A stretch of 64,000 nt of DNA, taken from the NCBI RefSeq assembly GCF_964355755.1, contig NC_092677.1, positions 17,196,101 to 17,260,100 on the forward strand. Reading direction: 5' to 3'. Below the pieces are notes generated by a model. The model did no database searches and had not been told where the DNA came from. It saw nothing but the letters and a program-made list of their open reading frames with translations. Shown here one piece after another: positions 25,305-38,235 of the stretch. This stretch comes from Antedon mediterranea (taxonomy: Eukaryota; Animalia; Echinodermata). Each line of letters begins with the position of its first letter. Position 1 is the stretch's first letter. The translations under genes were made by a program, and so were the position numbers.

Positions 25305-27129
25305 GACAGATTTTTCAAGGAGTAGGCCTAAACGTGGTATTAGCTAGAAAAGCCTAATCTATATATTTATTTTCAGGAATGTGGATAAGGAAATGTTCTT
25401 GTTGAAGTTAAATGTACAAATTACAGTAAACATTTGAAATTGATTTAATATTAATGATTTATATTACTATTTACCTCCCTACTCAAAAGCTAAAATAACT
25501 TCATTGTTTTTATTAATAAGTGAATATTATTATCTGATTGTAAACTGTTCGTATAATTCAGAAGTTCAACAACTGAAAATGTACAGTTATCTGCACACGG
25601 AAATAATAATGAATTGACAATAATATAAATTGATGGAACATGTATATTATTACTGTATTAGCTAATTCGATTGTAACGTAAACGTACGAACAGCGGTAGT
25701 ATGGAATCGTTACAGGTGTTTTTTGCATTCATTTTCTTAATCAAGGTCAGTAAAATATTATGCTTTTCATTTCAGATTTCGAAAGTTTTTAGTGCTGAAA
25801 GCTGTTTGACGTTTCACAAACCCTGAACTTAGGTACCGTATGCTTTCAAAATGTATGTTTGAATGAATGTAACTAAATTAGGCCAAGCTTAAATTTTAGA
25901 CCCCTCTGGACAACAAGAAGCTCCAGACTGGTTTTGCTGCCCCGAGCCTAGTTTCCCCTTTCCTTAGGCCTCGCCTCGTAATATAAACAGTTTTTATATA
26001 CATTTACACTGCGATCAAGTCCAGATCAAAGTGAATACCGCCTCCTGCAGGGACTTTTTCTTTAAAGCTTCATGAGGGTTCTGTTAAGTATATAAGCCTG
26101 TAAGTTTGATTGGCCTAGTTTTGGGTTAAACATGTTGGCTACCAGGTAGCAACTGTCAAATGTTGTTACTTTTTAAATTGTAGGTGCATTCTGTAGCATA
26201 AGTAAGCAATTTGCAAAGATAAGTCCATAAATACGACACAATTTTAAATCTCTACGATGGTGCTTAAATTGATTTACAGCTCCGATTTGCATACATACCA
26301 GTATAGCATAATGCATTATTAATCATTATTATGAAGAACAATATGGCCGTCTGAACAGTCGGCTGAAAAATAACCAGAAGTAAGGCCGGTCGCTTATTCT
26401 AACTAATTATTTGTTAGGCTAAATATGGACGGCTATACATACTAACATTAATAATTGCATGGTATTCAGTTCAATGTTGTTTAACACGTAGGCACAGACC
26501 AACCCGATGGTCATCTGGACTATGAACACTATAATAATATTAATAATAATACAAGCTATAATACTACTCGCCAATTACAGGATATCAGGATTCAACCCCG
26601 GACCTTAGAGAAGGAAGGCAACCACAGCTACCGCTATGTCCAAATAGGTTACAGTTGGATGGACGAATTAACAAAAAGTGTTCCATTCAAGTGCCTTTCG
26701 TCAGTTTTTACGTCTTGGTGTTCTAAGTTGTGTTAGCAGGGGAAGAATCACTCAGTTTACATTTACAGCAAGAAGGGGAAAACCTCATTCAACAATTTCA
26801 AAATTAATATTATTAATCCTTGGTATGTGCCACCTGTGGACGTGGCTGTGTGTGTTACGTGTACTATCTATCTAATTTGCATTCCTTACACATCAGGTGC
26901 TATATCAATACATTTGTATCATTGCAGTAATTGGTTTACATGTGCTTTCACATTGAAACATTTATGCACGCTTTTAGTTTAAATTGTATCTTATACTTAA
27001 ATAAACAACCACGAATGTGATGACAATCTAGATCAACAACAAGCAAATTTGAATGTATTTTACTAAATGATTCCTCCATAATAAGGTAGGTCAAACAACT
27101 CTGCATTTACTATAAATACCCTATTGGTA

Positions 27130-27256
27130 GAGGGACGTTTGGACCCAACCAGGGAACTCCTTAATAGCGGTTGGCCGTATATTAAACATTTCCTATCATT
27201 CGTTTCACGAGAAATTGTCCCCTTAATAGGGGTGTCTCAATGGAGACATTACTGTA
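27130..27256. repeat. Old dispersed MITE family ending ..GTCCCCTTAATAGGGGTGTC..ACTG|TA (Tc1/mariner-like)
   Basis: Similar degenerate pieces near 7490-7638, 7915-8012, 8740-8840, 28830-28942, 31725-31840 and 53060-53165. Confidence 0.5.
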
Positions 27257-29576
27257 TCGTAGTTGTATTTTTACGTTGCTTATATATTGTCTGTACGCTA
27301 AATGCATTGTCATAATTTCCGACTTTAAAAGTGAATTGTAATGAAATAGGACATTCTAGGAAATGATTTCTTGTCATCCCTTCATTAATATTCTATATTT
27401 AGACCTAGACATTAAAGAACAGAATTTAATTATTATCTATATCTACTGTGTGAGGAGCTGTTAATTATGTAACTATAAAGTATAAGGAAATCACCATTTT
27501 AATATATTATTATCTTATTAATGACAAATCTCTAATCACATTCATGGAAATAGAATACAGTCGTAAGAAAGTCAACATAATCAAACTATTTAATTGTTCT
27601 GGCGCCGTTTAAATTATTGTTCAATGATGACTATAATTTAGCGACAGAAATTGTGTGATTTTCACAATTATACCTTAACCGTACCTGCATCGAGGTCAGT
27701 ATTATTAGCGCCCTCAACTTGAATTTACTTTTGGAAAGTTTTAGAAGTATGACGTCATAGATACTTGACGGCAGAGATCTTCTACTGTAATCTGTTACTG
27801 GCTTCAATTTGTATTTACTGGTCATACCACTGTTGGTCGTAATTTTCAGGGTGGCTTTAGGCGTAATGAATGCCTTTTTTGAGCCCGTAAAATGTTTTTC
27901 CATCTCATCTTCTTAGTGCCTTAAGCAAGGTTATGATGGCAGTAACATTCATGTATGAGGCATTATTAACCACCTTTGTTTTATTTTTACGACACACCTG
28001 TGAAAATAATGTTTTTCTATTAGTAGTAATAGTCCATCCCATCTGGTATTTTAGGCCTATTGCTTAACTTCTAAGATTACCGACAAACTACTTTAACAGG
28101 CTTCTTCGGGGCATATTTTATTTATATTCGTAATTATTTTGCCTGCACTTAGCTTGTTTGTAAAATAAAATTGTTTATTTAATCTGTTTTCACGTGATCT
28201 ATTAACCCATAAGCACCGATTTTAAACATTTATGTTGGAAGCCACTTTATGGGAATCTTTTCTGATGCCGAAAACGTCGCCCCCAGAATCTTAACCAGGG
28301 CAGGCAAGTTTGGTATAGTCTGGTACATGGCCTTCACCCGGTTATGAACGTTCGAGTAATTAAGTACAGGCGTAGTTGTTTTCTTATCACAAGTTCAAAG
28401 TGTCTTCGTACTTCCTTAGGCTGACAGTAATGAGCCAGTTGATGAATTTGCAGGGTTGGTCGGGCGGCTTCTGATGACGTTTGGTTTAGTACCAGTAGGA
28501 TCGATTTTAAATGAGAATAAAGTAACAATGTACAAGAAGTCTGTGTAAAGAAATTCTACGTTTGAGGATTATTTCATCAAACATTGTAATGAGAATGACC
28601 TTAATGTCAATACCATTGAACTTCGATGTTTGTCAGATAGACCCGGTATTTTAGGTCATGGTCAATCTGTCTGTCTGGACCTGGATCCAACGTAGGACCG
28701 ACACCCATGATTCTAAATAGTGCGCAGTCAGACCTTTCATACACCAATCACTGAAATTAAGGAATAAGTAACACCATGTTATATTTACTACAGGTGTCAG
28801 TAGTGTATAACATAACATAAGTGTCTTGTTGATAAGGGTGGACCGAATAGTGTTAAAACATATATTCGTTTCACGGACGTGTCCCCTTAATAGGGTGTTG
28901 CCGGAATAGGATTGTCCCAAATATTTAAGGATTACTACTGTATCTTTTTGTAGAAGAGAATGTTTGATTATACGTCAGTTTGCTAAACGTATTATTTTCA
29001 ATACTCCTAGTAAAGTTTACCAGCCTTTCTAATTTGTATAAATCCGATTAAATTCAACATTTAATACCTGCCTCATTAAGGCCGATTTATTAAATCTCAC
29101 CCGATAAAGCCTCTTTTTATTTTCTTTGCCTGATATTGGTTATATAATTATACAGTATGGTTATATTGGTTAAAAGGTTATGCATTAAAAAGTGTTAAAT
29201 GGATGATGAATTTATTATACGTAGGCCTAAGCATGAATTTATTACGTAAGCATCGATAAAGGTTGCCAACTTGGCAAAAAATAAGCACTCAATAATTGAA
29301 TAAGTTGCCTAATCGAATAGTAACAGATTTCGAATGGCACCTACAAGGTTTGTTAGACATTATTTAGGCCTATGTATATTTAGCGAAACTTTAAACAACA
29401 GATCATGGTGCCAGAATGGGTATCGCTTCTACGAAAATAACATTAATATGTGTAGGGCTATGTGGTTTTGATACATTTAATACTTCCAAAATCCCAGCCA
29501 GCATTGCATTTTGTAGCAATCTGTTCTGTACCGTGATAAAACTTTAAAGTGGCTGTAGGCGGTACCGAAGTTTCTG

Positions 29577-29636
29577 ATTGGTCAACAGTGTTAACTAATT
29601 GTCTGCCAGCTTAAGATAAGAATACTGTTAACCAAT
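29577..29636 (+). promoter_or_regulatory. Candidate promoter of the ADAMTS-like gene (paired CCAAT boxes)
   Basis: CTGATTGGTC (ATTGG 29577-29581) and AACCAATCA (CCAAT 29632-29636) in a locally CpG-richer stretch ~0.7 kb upstream of the candidate ATG. Confidence 0.35.
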
Positions 29637-30305
29637 CAACGTCGAGTGAAGCAGACGATCTCTGACAGTGACAAAACATTTACACGCGCCGAGAACAAAA
29701 CCCACAAGAACTTACCAACATTCTTTTAAGTTCGTTCGAACTTGAATAAGTCACTGGTAGCAAAGTTGTGTCTCTTTTGTTGCAGAATTTTAAACATTGA
29801 GAGGTTTTAGAAACAAAATAAGGGGTATATGGAAATACGTCAATAAACCAAATGGAATATACACCTAGCCTGTAATATTGACGGTTGCATACTGGAATAT
29901 ACTCATATTTTACATAATTAATCATTGGATATAAATCGTGGATTTCTGCAAAATTATGAAGACCACCCTCTTAAAACACTTATTTTCCACCAAGCATGTT
30001 TTTACCGTAATTATTTGGATTTTTTTGGTAAGTACAGATCTGAATGCTGGGGATACATGCAGTATTTTTACCTGCATTTTAATAGATTTATTTTCAATTT
30101 GGTTAAATAAGTAGATTCTAAAATTAGTAATTACAGTTTGACCGCTGTAAATTCAGCGAAACTACCGTTTTTTAATTTGTGAAATGTGTGGTCCCTTGAG
30201 TACATGCTTTATTTTCACAACGAACAAACACACGTCGTTCTCAAGTTATGATGTCAAATTGCACGCGGACGTGATCAGCTCTCTTTTAAAAATAATCTAA
30301 ACAAA

Positions 30306-30316
30306 ATGTATCGTAG
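30306..30316 (+). CDS. Candidate first coding segment of the ADAMTS-like gene (MYR-R)
   Basis: CAAAATG context, ATG TAT CGT AG|GTAGGA donor; phase 2 fits the next candidate exon. Confidence 0.4.
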
Positions 30317-30418
30317 GTAGGAAAGACATGACGTATTTTTATGGAGAATTATAAAGAAAACATTTCTAAATCTGTTCATAGGATTTAAATGTTTTTGTTT
30401 CAAGTCTTAAAATTGTAG

Positions 30419-30458
30419 GCCTATTTTTGCATGCTTACCGATCGTGCTTGACTACCTG
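30419..30458 (+). CDS. Candidate signal-peptide exon (PIFACLPIVLDYL)
   Basis: TTGTAG| acceptor, CTG|GTAAGT strong donor; phase 0 joins exon 30832; hydrophobic peptide. Confidence 0.45.
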
Positions 30459-30831
30459 GTAAGTGGTGGCGGCTGTGCTACCTTTGTCTGTGACAGGATG
30501 AAGGCAAAGTGTCGAGAGTTTTTAATTTGGCCTAAAAGTAAAAGCTTTTGATTTATATCAGTACTGAGTATTTGTTAGCCCAGCCACAAACCTTGACTTT
30601 TTACGAGTGGAAATTCTGATCTAAAAATGTAAGGGACTTGTTAAAAATGTTATCCTACTATTTTTGCTCAGTTGACAGTTCATGTGATGGGATAAATTAA
30701 GTACACTGGACTGCCAACTAACAGATATATAATGGTGTTGTATCAAGTAGCATGCCTCTTTTGTTTACTGATACCATTCCAGCTGTACTATATATTGTCT
30801 TACCATCTCCTATATATAAAATTAATTTCAG

Positions 30832-30934
30832 GTGCTAACAAAAAGTATAGTAGCAGAAGAACACAATGAATTTCTACGTACATTCAAGGGATTTGCTGCA
30901 TCCTCTGGAGCTAACCTTCCTCTGCAAAATGAGG
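30832..30934 (+). CDS. ADAMTS-like gene N-terminal exon (VLTKSIVAEEHNEFLRTFKGFAASSGANLPLQNE)
   Basis: TTTCAG| acceptor, G|GTAAGT donor, open frame; phase 1 end G plus AT of exon 40475 gives the Asp of DYQITVP. Confidence 0.7.
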
Positions 30935-31880
30935 GTAAGTAAACATGCCCCCCTCCTCTTCTTTTTAAAGTGAAAAGGAGGTTTCCAACATGTTTTATAG
31001 TTTCCCCTTATCTAATTATCCTCATCACTTATCCAAAATCAATGATTTTCATGTTTTTTTCTCAAATTGTTTGGTTTTTACTACTGATATAATAAAGATG
31101 CTTTAAAATATTGTTTCCCTTAATTTTTCAGTAATACAACAATCGTATACAAAGAATGCACTGTATTGTTTACTTACCACAGGCATTATACCTAATTGTA
31201 TTGATTCAGTAGGCCCTTGTTTTCTTCTAATTATTTTCATAACATGGTAATTGTTTATTATTCAGTATTGATATGTTACCCTAGGATGTTGCACGTCTTT
31301 GAGTTTCTAGCCATACATGCAAATGTAACTTAATTGCATCCATGCATAGACACTAAACATCCTCCAGGGATGCTAAAATGTACAGCAACATGTTTCAGTT
31401 ATTTCTCGTTTGCTCACCTGTTCTAAAGACAGTTACATTATTTTACTGAATGTATCCAGTGGTGTTAACCTTTGTATTAATACAGCCACTTTTTTCCATA
31501 ACAAACAAATTGAAGTGTTTGGTCTGAAAATATGCGGATATATAATCACCTTGCTTTAAAGCCGGTAAATGGTCATACTGTGCAACCTTTATACTGTACT
31601 GTAGGTGCACACAACTTGGGGCACATTTTATTCTAAGCAAAATATTTTAGATCAATATGAAAATTGTTATGGTGGAAGAAGTATTCATCAACTAATAATT
31701 GCAGTGGTTTAAGTGTTTGAAATTAGCCCCCTATTAAAGGGACACTTTACCATGAACCAAACGATCAAGAACAAATATTATTAGCATGGCCAACTTTAGT
31801 AGGGGAACACTTTGTTGGGTCCTTATGTTGTCCCCAAGATAAGAGAAAGAAGTGTCAGGGTTGTAGGGTTGCCCGTTCGA

Positions 31881-32234
31881 GGGGATTCATGGACAGTACC
31901 ATACCTACAGTAATTGTAGCTACCCTTGTGAGGGATACAGGGGATTCATGGACAGTACAATACCTACAGTAATTGTAGCTACCCTTGTGAGGGATACAGG
32001 GGATTCATGGACAGCACCATACCTACAGTAATTGTAGCTACCCTTGTGAGGGATACAGGGGATTCATGGACAGTACCATACCTACAGTAATTGTAGCTAC
32101 CCTTGTGAGGGATACAGGGGATTCATGGACAGTACCATACCTACAGTAATTGTAGCTACCCTTGTGAGGGATACAGGGGATTCATGGACAGTACCATACC
32201 TACAGTAATTGTAGCTACCCTTGTGAGGGATACA
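31881..32234. repeat. Minisatellite, 6 x 59 bp
   Basis: GGGGATTCATGGACAGTACCATACCTACAGTAATTGTAGCTACCCTTGTGAGGGATACA. Confidence 0.97.
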
Positions 32235-33887
32235 GCAGTGTCCAGGTAAGTTATGCACGAAATAGATTGATGATAATTTTATACACAATCAATTTATTAT
32301 GGCATATGTTTTTATTTGGAACATTTTGATTAATAATTATTTAAATAGATATGGCTTATTATTGTAATATTCGGGTTTAAAAAAAATTCCCATAACATAA
32401 TAATTATCAATATGTGTGGGCTAGAGAAATTATTCGGTAAATAAAACCTGGAGTATCTAAGGATTTTGCCTTGATGGGGGTCAAGGAAAGTCCCCTTTTA
32501 TAATTGAATAGTTCAAGTCTGGTTGCAATCCATATAAATATATTCAAATGGTTAATCTACCGTAAATAAGCTAAAATTGATTTTGCACAGTATATATACA
32601 TATGTAAAACACAGAACATGAATTCTAGAATATATATTGTAGTGGAGCTTTGTGGTTTACAATACCAAGGTTCTAGGTCCTAGTGCCAGGATTGTAACTC
32701 ACCGCTCTTTCAACACCAGTCCCTAAGCCTTTTTTTTACTTTGTTTTTAATTAATTATTTAGTTTAAAAGAAAAGGAGTGTATGCATTCTAAATCAAAAA
32801 TATTAAGTTATACTCTTGAATGAATAATCATGATGATAATGATACTAGAGTTCAAAGTGTTATTTTTTGTTTAGTAAACATATTCTGTTGATATTATGAT
32901 AATGTATAAAATTGATTAGTGATTGATATAATTTGGATTAGTAGTTACTGTAGCTTGGATTAAAGAGATTAACCCATAGCAGGAGCCTGTCCTTCATATA
33001 CAGTATTCAACAAAACCGTGTGCAGCAAATTAAAGTTCTATAATGTGTTGTAGTTATAGTAGGTTACAATTTAATTGTGTGAGGTCATTGCCTGTATCAG
33101 TAGGGATGTAACATCATTATATTGAACTGACCTGGGAAATTAGGCTAAGGATTTAATCCTAATTCTGAGGTTACCACGTTGTATAGGTCCACCCAGACCC
33201 ATGGGTAAGGGAAACTCAGACTGGGAGGGGGTTTTTCATTATAGTGTCGTGTTTCTTTCCTAAGGAATTTACATGCTGTTTAAAAATATTATTGTATAAA
33301 TAAGTTAATCTAAAACATGTATTTTTACAAAGTACAAAAAAAAGTTACAGTATGTATCGGTAATTCCCTGTGAACCCCCGTGACTACAGACCTATTAATA
33401 TTGAACAAGAATAAATACAAATATTATTCATAAAAATATGAACTAATATTTTGTTTTACATCATAAATTCTTAACTACTACTAGACTACCATATTAGGGA
33501 AAGTTACAGTATATGTTGAAACTGTGGTTTATTAATGAAGTGATTTAGATAATGATTGTGCAATTGATAAGACATTGGGATTATTATACTAACCTAGTTA
33601 TTGACAATCAGAATTTGTAGATTTATTGATAAATTCTAAAATGATATTTAGATTTTTAGGATTTTTTAGTACTGCCAGTATGTTACAGTATACAGTAGTT
33701 CTGAAGTCATTTTTTTCCGCTATTTTGGAATTGACTGTCATGCATAACCCTAGTGATTTTATTCACTGTCCAGGACAAACATACTGTATACACATTATAT
33801 TTGTTCATTTAACATCTGCTATAAAACATATAGTATAGTAACCAAGGCCTACAAATCTAGCCTAGCTAAAGACTGTCCACAAGAGGA

Positions 33888-34177
33888 CAGGGTATTCCAA
33901 ACCTCTGCAAACCTTAAAAAAAGCAAACCTCATTGAACCATCATAAACTTATTTTTGGGGCAAATCATCATTGGTTAAAATGTAATTACTAAACCCCACA
34001 AACATTTTAAAAAAACATAGCAAACCCCATCAAACCAACATAAAAGTTGGTGAATTGTGTAGTGTAGGCCTACTACACACCTAATATGTCGATTTTTTTT
34101 TTTACTTATTTTGGGGTAAAACATCATTAAACCCATTATGTTTTTATTTTAGGTTTGCGGTGTTTAGCAATACCCCG
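33888..34177. mobile_element. MITE with apparent 6-bp TSD
   Basis: CAGGGTATTCCAAACCTCTGCAAACC ... GGTTTGCGGTGTTTAGCAATACCCCG; AGAGGA on both flanks; internal AAACCCCAT-like motifs. Confidence 0.6.
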
Positions 34178-34199
34178 AGAGGATATTCACCACGAGCTA

Positions 34200-34344
34200 C
34201 TTGTAGTGCATTGTTTCTCTCTTTTTATCATAATTTACCATAAAACGTACATTTAAGACAAGGAATAACCTGGTTTGATGTTTTTAAAGTAATATATGCA
34301 TTATTTTTACAAAATGTCAACAATTGTAGGGAATGGGTCTTTAA
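34200..34344. mobile_element. Right-end fragment of the TTAA MITE at 46944-47450
   Basis: ~140 bp shared with 47308-47454, ending TAGGGAATGGGTCT|TTAA. Confidence 0.7.
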
Positions 34345-35309
34345 AGTAAATACATATTATCATGTTCCGATTTAATATTATGACAAGATGTTTAATTGAT
34401 TAATTCACTTATTTTCCATCAAAAGTTTATGATAGTGGTTTGTCAAGTGTTCTTTTATTCTGTAAAATTCAATTACTGATTTTGAAATTGAACTTTTGAC
34501 GAATATATTATGTTCCTACTGAGATAAGTTTTCAGATGCGAAAGATAACAAATTATCCACGAATCTGTAATTCTTAATTGGGTAGCGACATCTCAGAGGG
34601 TGGTTCAGCCTTCCTGTAGGTTGAGCATCTTTAGTCAAAGTTAATAAATATTAAACTAATATCTCAAGTGGTTTGTTTCTTGTATCAGCTAGGATAGTAC
34701 CATAACAAATCACATTAGTACAGTGAGGTTAAATCATAACTCATCTATAACTTATTATAATACATCTGAGTGTCTATTTTTAGTTGCTGTTCAGTATTTG
34801 TTCTATTCAATGGTTCTATTGCATGTAAAATTTGTTCGGAAACCAACCTGTATGTAGCCAAATATTCAACTCATAAACATTCATTATTTCTATATTACTG
34901 AAAGCACGTTCCATGAAATGAAACAATCATAATGCGCCAAGATTGTTATCATTATTGCTTTAATTCCTAGCATTACATGTCTCAATATAAAATCCCAGGG
35001 AGGTGTCAATCTTTACCCTGGTGGATGAGAATCTTCACAAACATCTATGCCAAATAATTTCAACTGTATCCCGAGTATAATCACTTAAATAATTGTATGT
35101 AATGAAACAGTGTGAGTGTATTTAAATATTATTAGCCTGTATTTAAACGTTTCCATTAATTATGTATAAAACACACTAAACAAAAAAATGGCTTGTACTG
35201 GTACTGGTACTGGTTCAAATAACCGTCTCACAGAGACATCTGGTAGCCATTGACTTGAAGTTGGCATTTGGATGTGTTACTTTTAAATGTAGGCCTACAG
35301 TATGAGAGT

Positions 35310-35650
35310 GACTACTACCAAATTACACAGTCACAAAACAACTTATAAAACAGTTCATATATACAGTTAAAACATTGCTGGGAATTATAAATTTCTGTTG
35401 AAGCAGGCTCTAATGAAGTTGCATCTAGTAAGTTGACTTTGTTGTACAACTCTATCAAGTACTGATGGTATCTTCCGACCTCTTCGTTTACTTTGTGTTG
35501 TGTGAAAAGTAAGAATTTTTGTAGGATCTTCATTTTCTTTTCTAATTACATGTCCGATCCAGTTGAATTGTTGCTTGTAGACATATTCTTCTAGCGGTTG
35601 ACAGCCAGTAATTTTGTAGAGATGCACGGAAGTGACAGACAGATAAACTT
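35310..35650 (-). mobile_element. 5'-truncated RTE-like LINE 3' end (ORF C-terminus)
   Basis: ORF 35385-35684 contains LYKITGCQPLEEYVYKQQFNWIGHVIRKENEDPTK..KRRGRK; the W.GHV.R and KR.RGR pattern is typical of the post-RT tail of RTE-type LINEs. Confidence 0.7.
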
Positions 35651-36271
35651 TCTCTTGCATTATCTCTATAAATAAATTAATCATTTATAATTATTATTTA
35701 ACATTTTACATAATTATGATGGTGCCTGCCTGTCTGAACATTTCTTTGTACGTTAATGTGACATGTTAATTTACATTATGATTTATAATACCAAGATAGA
35801 CACAAGATATTAGATATTACACTTGACAATGTGGGTGTTTTCAGGAAGGAGGTTGAAGTGTCAAAAATCTATTGAAGTAGGATCACTGAGAATGAAGGTA
35901 GTGAGGGTGTTAACATTTTTGGAAAATGTGTTACATTTTTTACGTTATTTGTCATATCTAGAATCATTCTTTTGAAGAAATAAAAAATTATTGACATTTC
36001 AGTTTTTTTTTCTGGAGTAAATTGCATTAAATCTTGAGAACAATAAAAACATACTTTGTGCATAGATTCATTTTAGAGAATATCAAAGCAATGAACTTGG
36101 GCAGGACACACGAATTTATGGATGAAGTTACTGAATGGCAGCCAAGAAATAAAAGAAGAATGAGGGGAAGTAAGAAGGAGAGGTGAAAAAAAAGAATAAA
36201 GGAAGAGAGTAAAGAATGGTGTTGAAAGGTTAAGAGCAGGGAAAATATTAATAAAAGATGTTTCTTGGGTA

Positions 36272-36670
36272 GAAAATGGGCAAGCTGGTGACATGTCTTA
36301 AGCTTGGGTGGAAGACTTTGAATGTGATGAAAATGGGCAAGCTGGTGACATGTCTTAAGCTTGGGTGGAAGACTTTGAATGTGATGAAAATGGGCAAGCT
36401 GGTGACATGTCTTAAGCTTGGGTGGAAGACTTTGAATGTGATGAAAATGGGCAAGCTGGTGACATGTCTTAAGCTTGGGTGGAAGACTTTGAATGTGATG
36501 AAAATGGGCAAGCTGGTGACATGTCTTAAGCTTGGGTGGAAGACTTTGAATGTGATGAAAATGGGCAAGCTGGTGACATGTCTTAAGCTTGGGTGGAAGA
36601 CTTCGAATGTGATGAAAATGGGCAAGCTGGTGACATGTCTTAAGCTTGGGTGGAAGACTTTGAGTGTGAT
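36272..36670. repeat. Minisatellite, 7 x 57 bp
   Basis: GAAAATGGGCAAGCTGGTGACATGTCTTAAGCTTGGGTGGAAGACTTTGAATGTGAT; accounts for the repetitive ORFs on both strands. Confidence 0.97.
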
Positions 36671-37744
36671 TGTCCCAGCCCACCTACAATCAGCCATTTA
36701 GGTTCTTGATTGTGTAAACATTCTCATGTCATGGACAGATAAAATAACAACAGAAAGGAACTTACAACATCAAACTGTTCTATTATATAGATCAAGTTCG
36801 TAGGCTACAAATGAACAATTAACACATCACTAATTATGTCTGTGCTTTTGACAGGCAGGTCGAACAACTTGATTAAACTTTAAATAACCAAGGTTGGTTC
36901 AATTATAAACCAGGCATGTTTGATCCTCTTTTTATGTTGAATTGAATATTGTATGTTGGATTACTTTTTCTTTTGAATTCAAAAAATTAGGTTATCGAAA
37001 GGTCGTTGCATTTTATAGTATACCAGCTACCTTATCTCTTTCATAGATTTAATGGTCTGTCCTGGCATCATAATAATTTGCATAGGCTTTATATGCAATG
37101 TTTTTGACTGTTTTAAGAACTTGTATTATTTAAAAATAAAAGTTCAGATTGAAAGACACTGTCATAATTGTTGTGATATTGCATTATGGATTGTTTGTGT
37201 AATTGTTAGAGCGTTTTCATGACAAATATTACTACTATATGTATGGTAGGAACGAGCCGACCAAAGTAGTGTTTGTTATCAATTTATTTATCTCCCTGCA
37301 GAGAGACATCATTGTGGTATCTAGCATTGACAGGCTTTTAGTTAATTGATTTGAAATATAATACAGTATCTACTATCAAAAATATATTTTAGTCAAAACC
37401 ATTTGTAATTGGCTTTGCCTAGCTCGTGTCAGAATTAATAAATGTTAACATTTTTGTTACCAATTCTCCAATGATTAAACATGAAGGTCAGCTGCCTTAA
37501 GAGAACGGTATTTTGATTGAGTTTTAAATTAAATAATATTTAGTGATTAAGTTGATCTAAATCATTAAATAGTGTATGGTGATGCTTGTACTATATGGCA
37601 TACTTTAGTGTACTAGGAAAGCTTAAGATTATATTAGTGGAATTAATGTGAATAAGCTTGTGTATACTGATTTATGGGGTTCCATGGATAGTTTATTTCC
37701 TATAAATCTAAAGTGATGGTAAATATATATACATGTAGGTGGAA

Positions 37745-38235
37745 TGCCTAAAAAAGGAGCTAGGTGAAATTAAAGGAGATGAGTAGAAGACCTAAACATG
37801 AGCTAGGTGGCAGGCCTACAGGACTCTCGGTTGAAAGCCTAAAAAAGGAGCTAGGTGGGATTAAAGGAGATTAGTAGAAGGCCAGAAGGCCTAAACATGA
37901 ACTAGGTGGCAGGCGTACAGGACTCTTGGTTGAAAGCCGAAAAAGGGAGCTAGGTGGGATTAAAGGAGATTAGTAGAAGGCTTAAACATGAGCTAGGTGG
38001 CAGGCCTACAGGACTCTTGGTTGAAAGCCTAAAAAAGGAGCTAGGTGGGATTAAAGGAGGTTAGTAGAAGGCCTAAACAGGAGCAAGGTGGAATTAAAGT
38101 AGATGATCAGAAAGCCTAAACAGGAGCTAGGTGGCAGAGAAGTCTTAGTTGAAATCCTAAAAAGGAGCTAGATTGAAGGCCAAACATGTTTTTTTTTTAG
38201 TGAGGTGCGGGGAAGCTAAACAGGAGCAAGATAGA
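37745..38235. repeat. Degenerate purine-rich tandem repeat (~91-99 bp unit with GAGCTAGGTGG subunits)
   Basis: AAGGAGCTAGGTGGGATTAAAGGAGATTAGTAGAAGGCCTAAACATGAGCTAGGTGGCAGGCCTACAGGACTCT recurring. Confidence 0.85.

Noticed and set aside
26580-26645. tRNA/SINE-like fragment on the minus strand
   Set aside because: Too short and degenerate to support
36027-36701. Long repetitive ORFs (218, 149 and 141 aa)
   Set aside because: Artefact of a 57-bp (multiple of 3) minisatellite; near-identical DNA units, open on both strands, no exon signals
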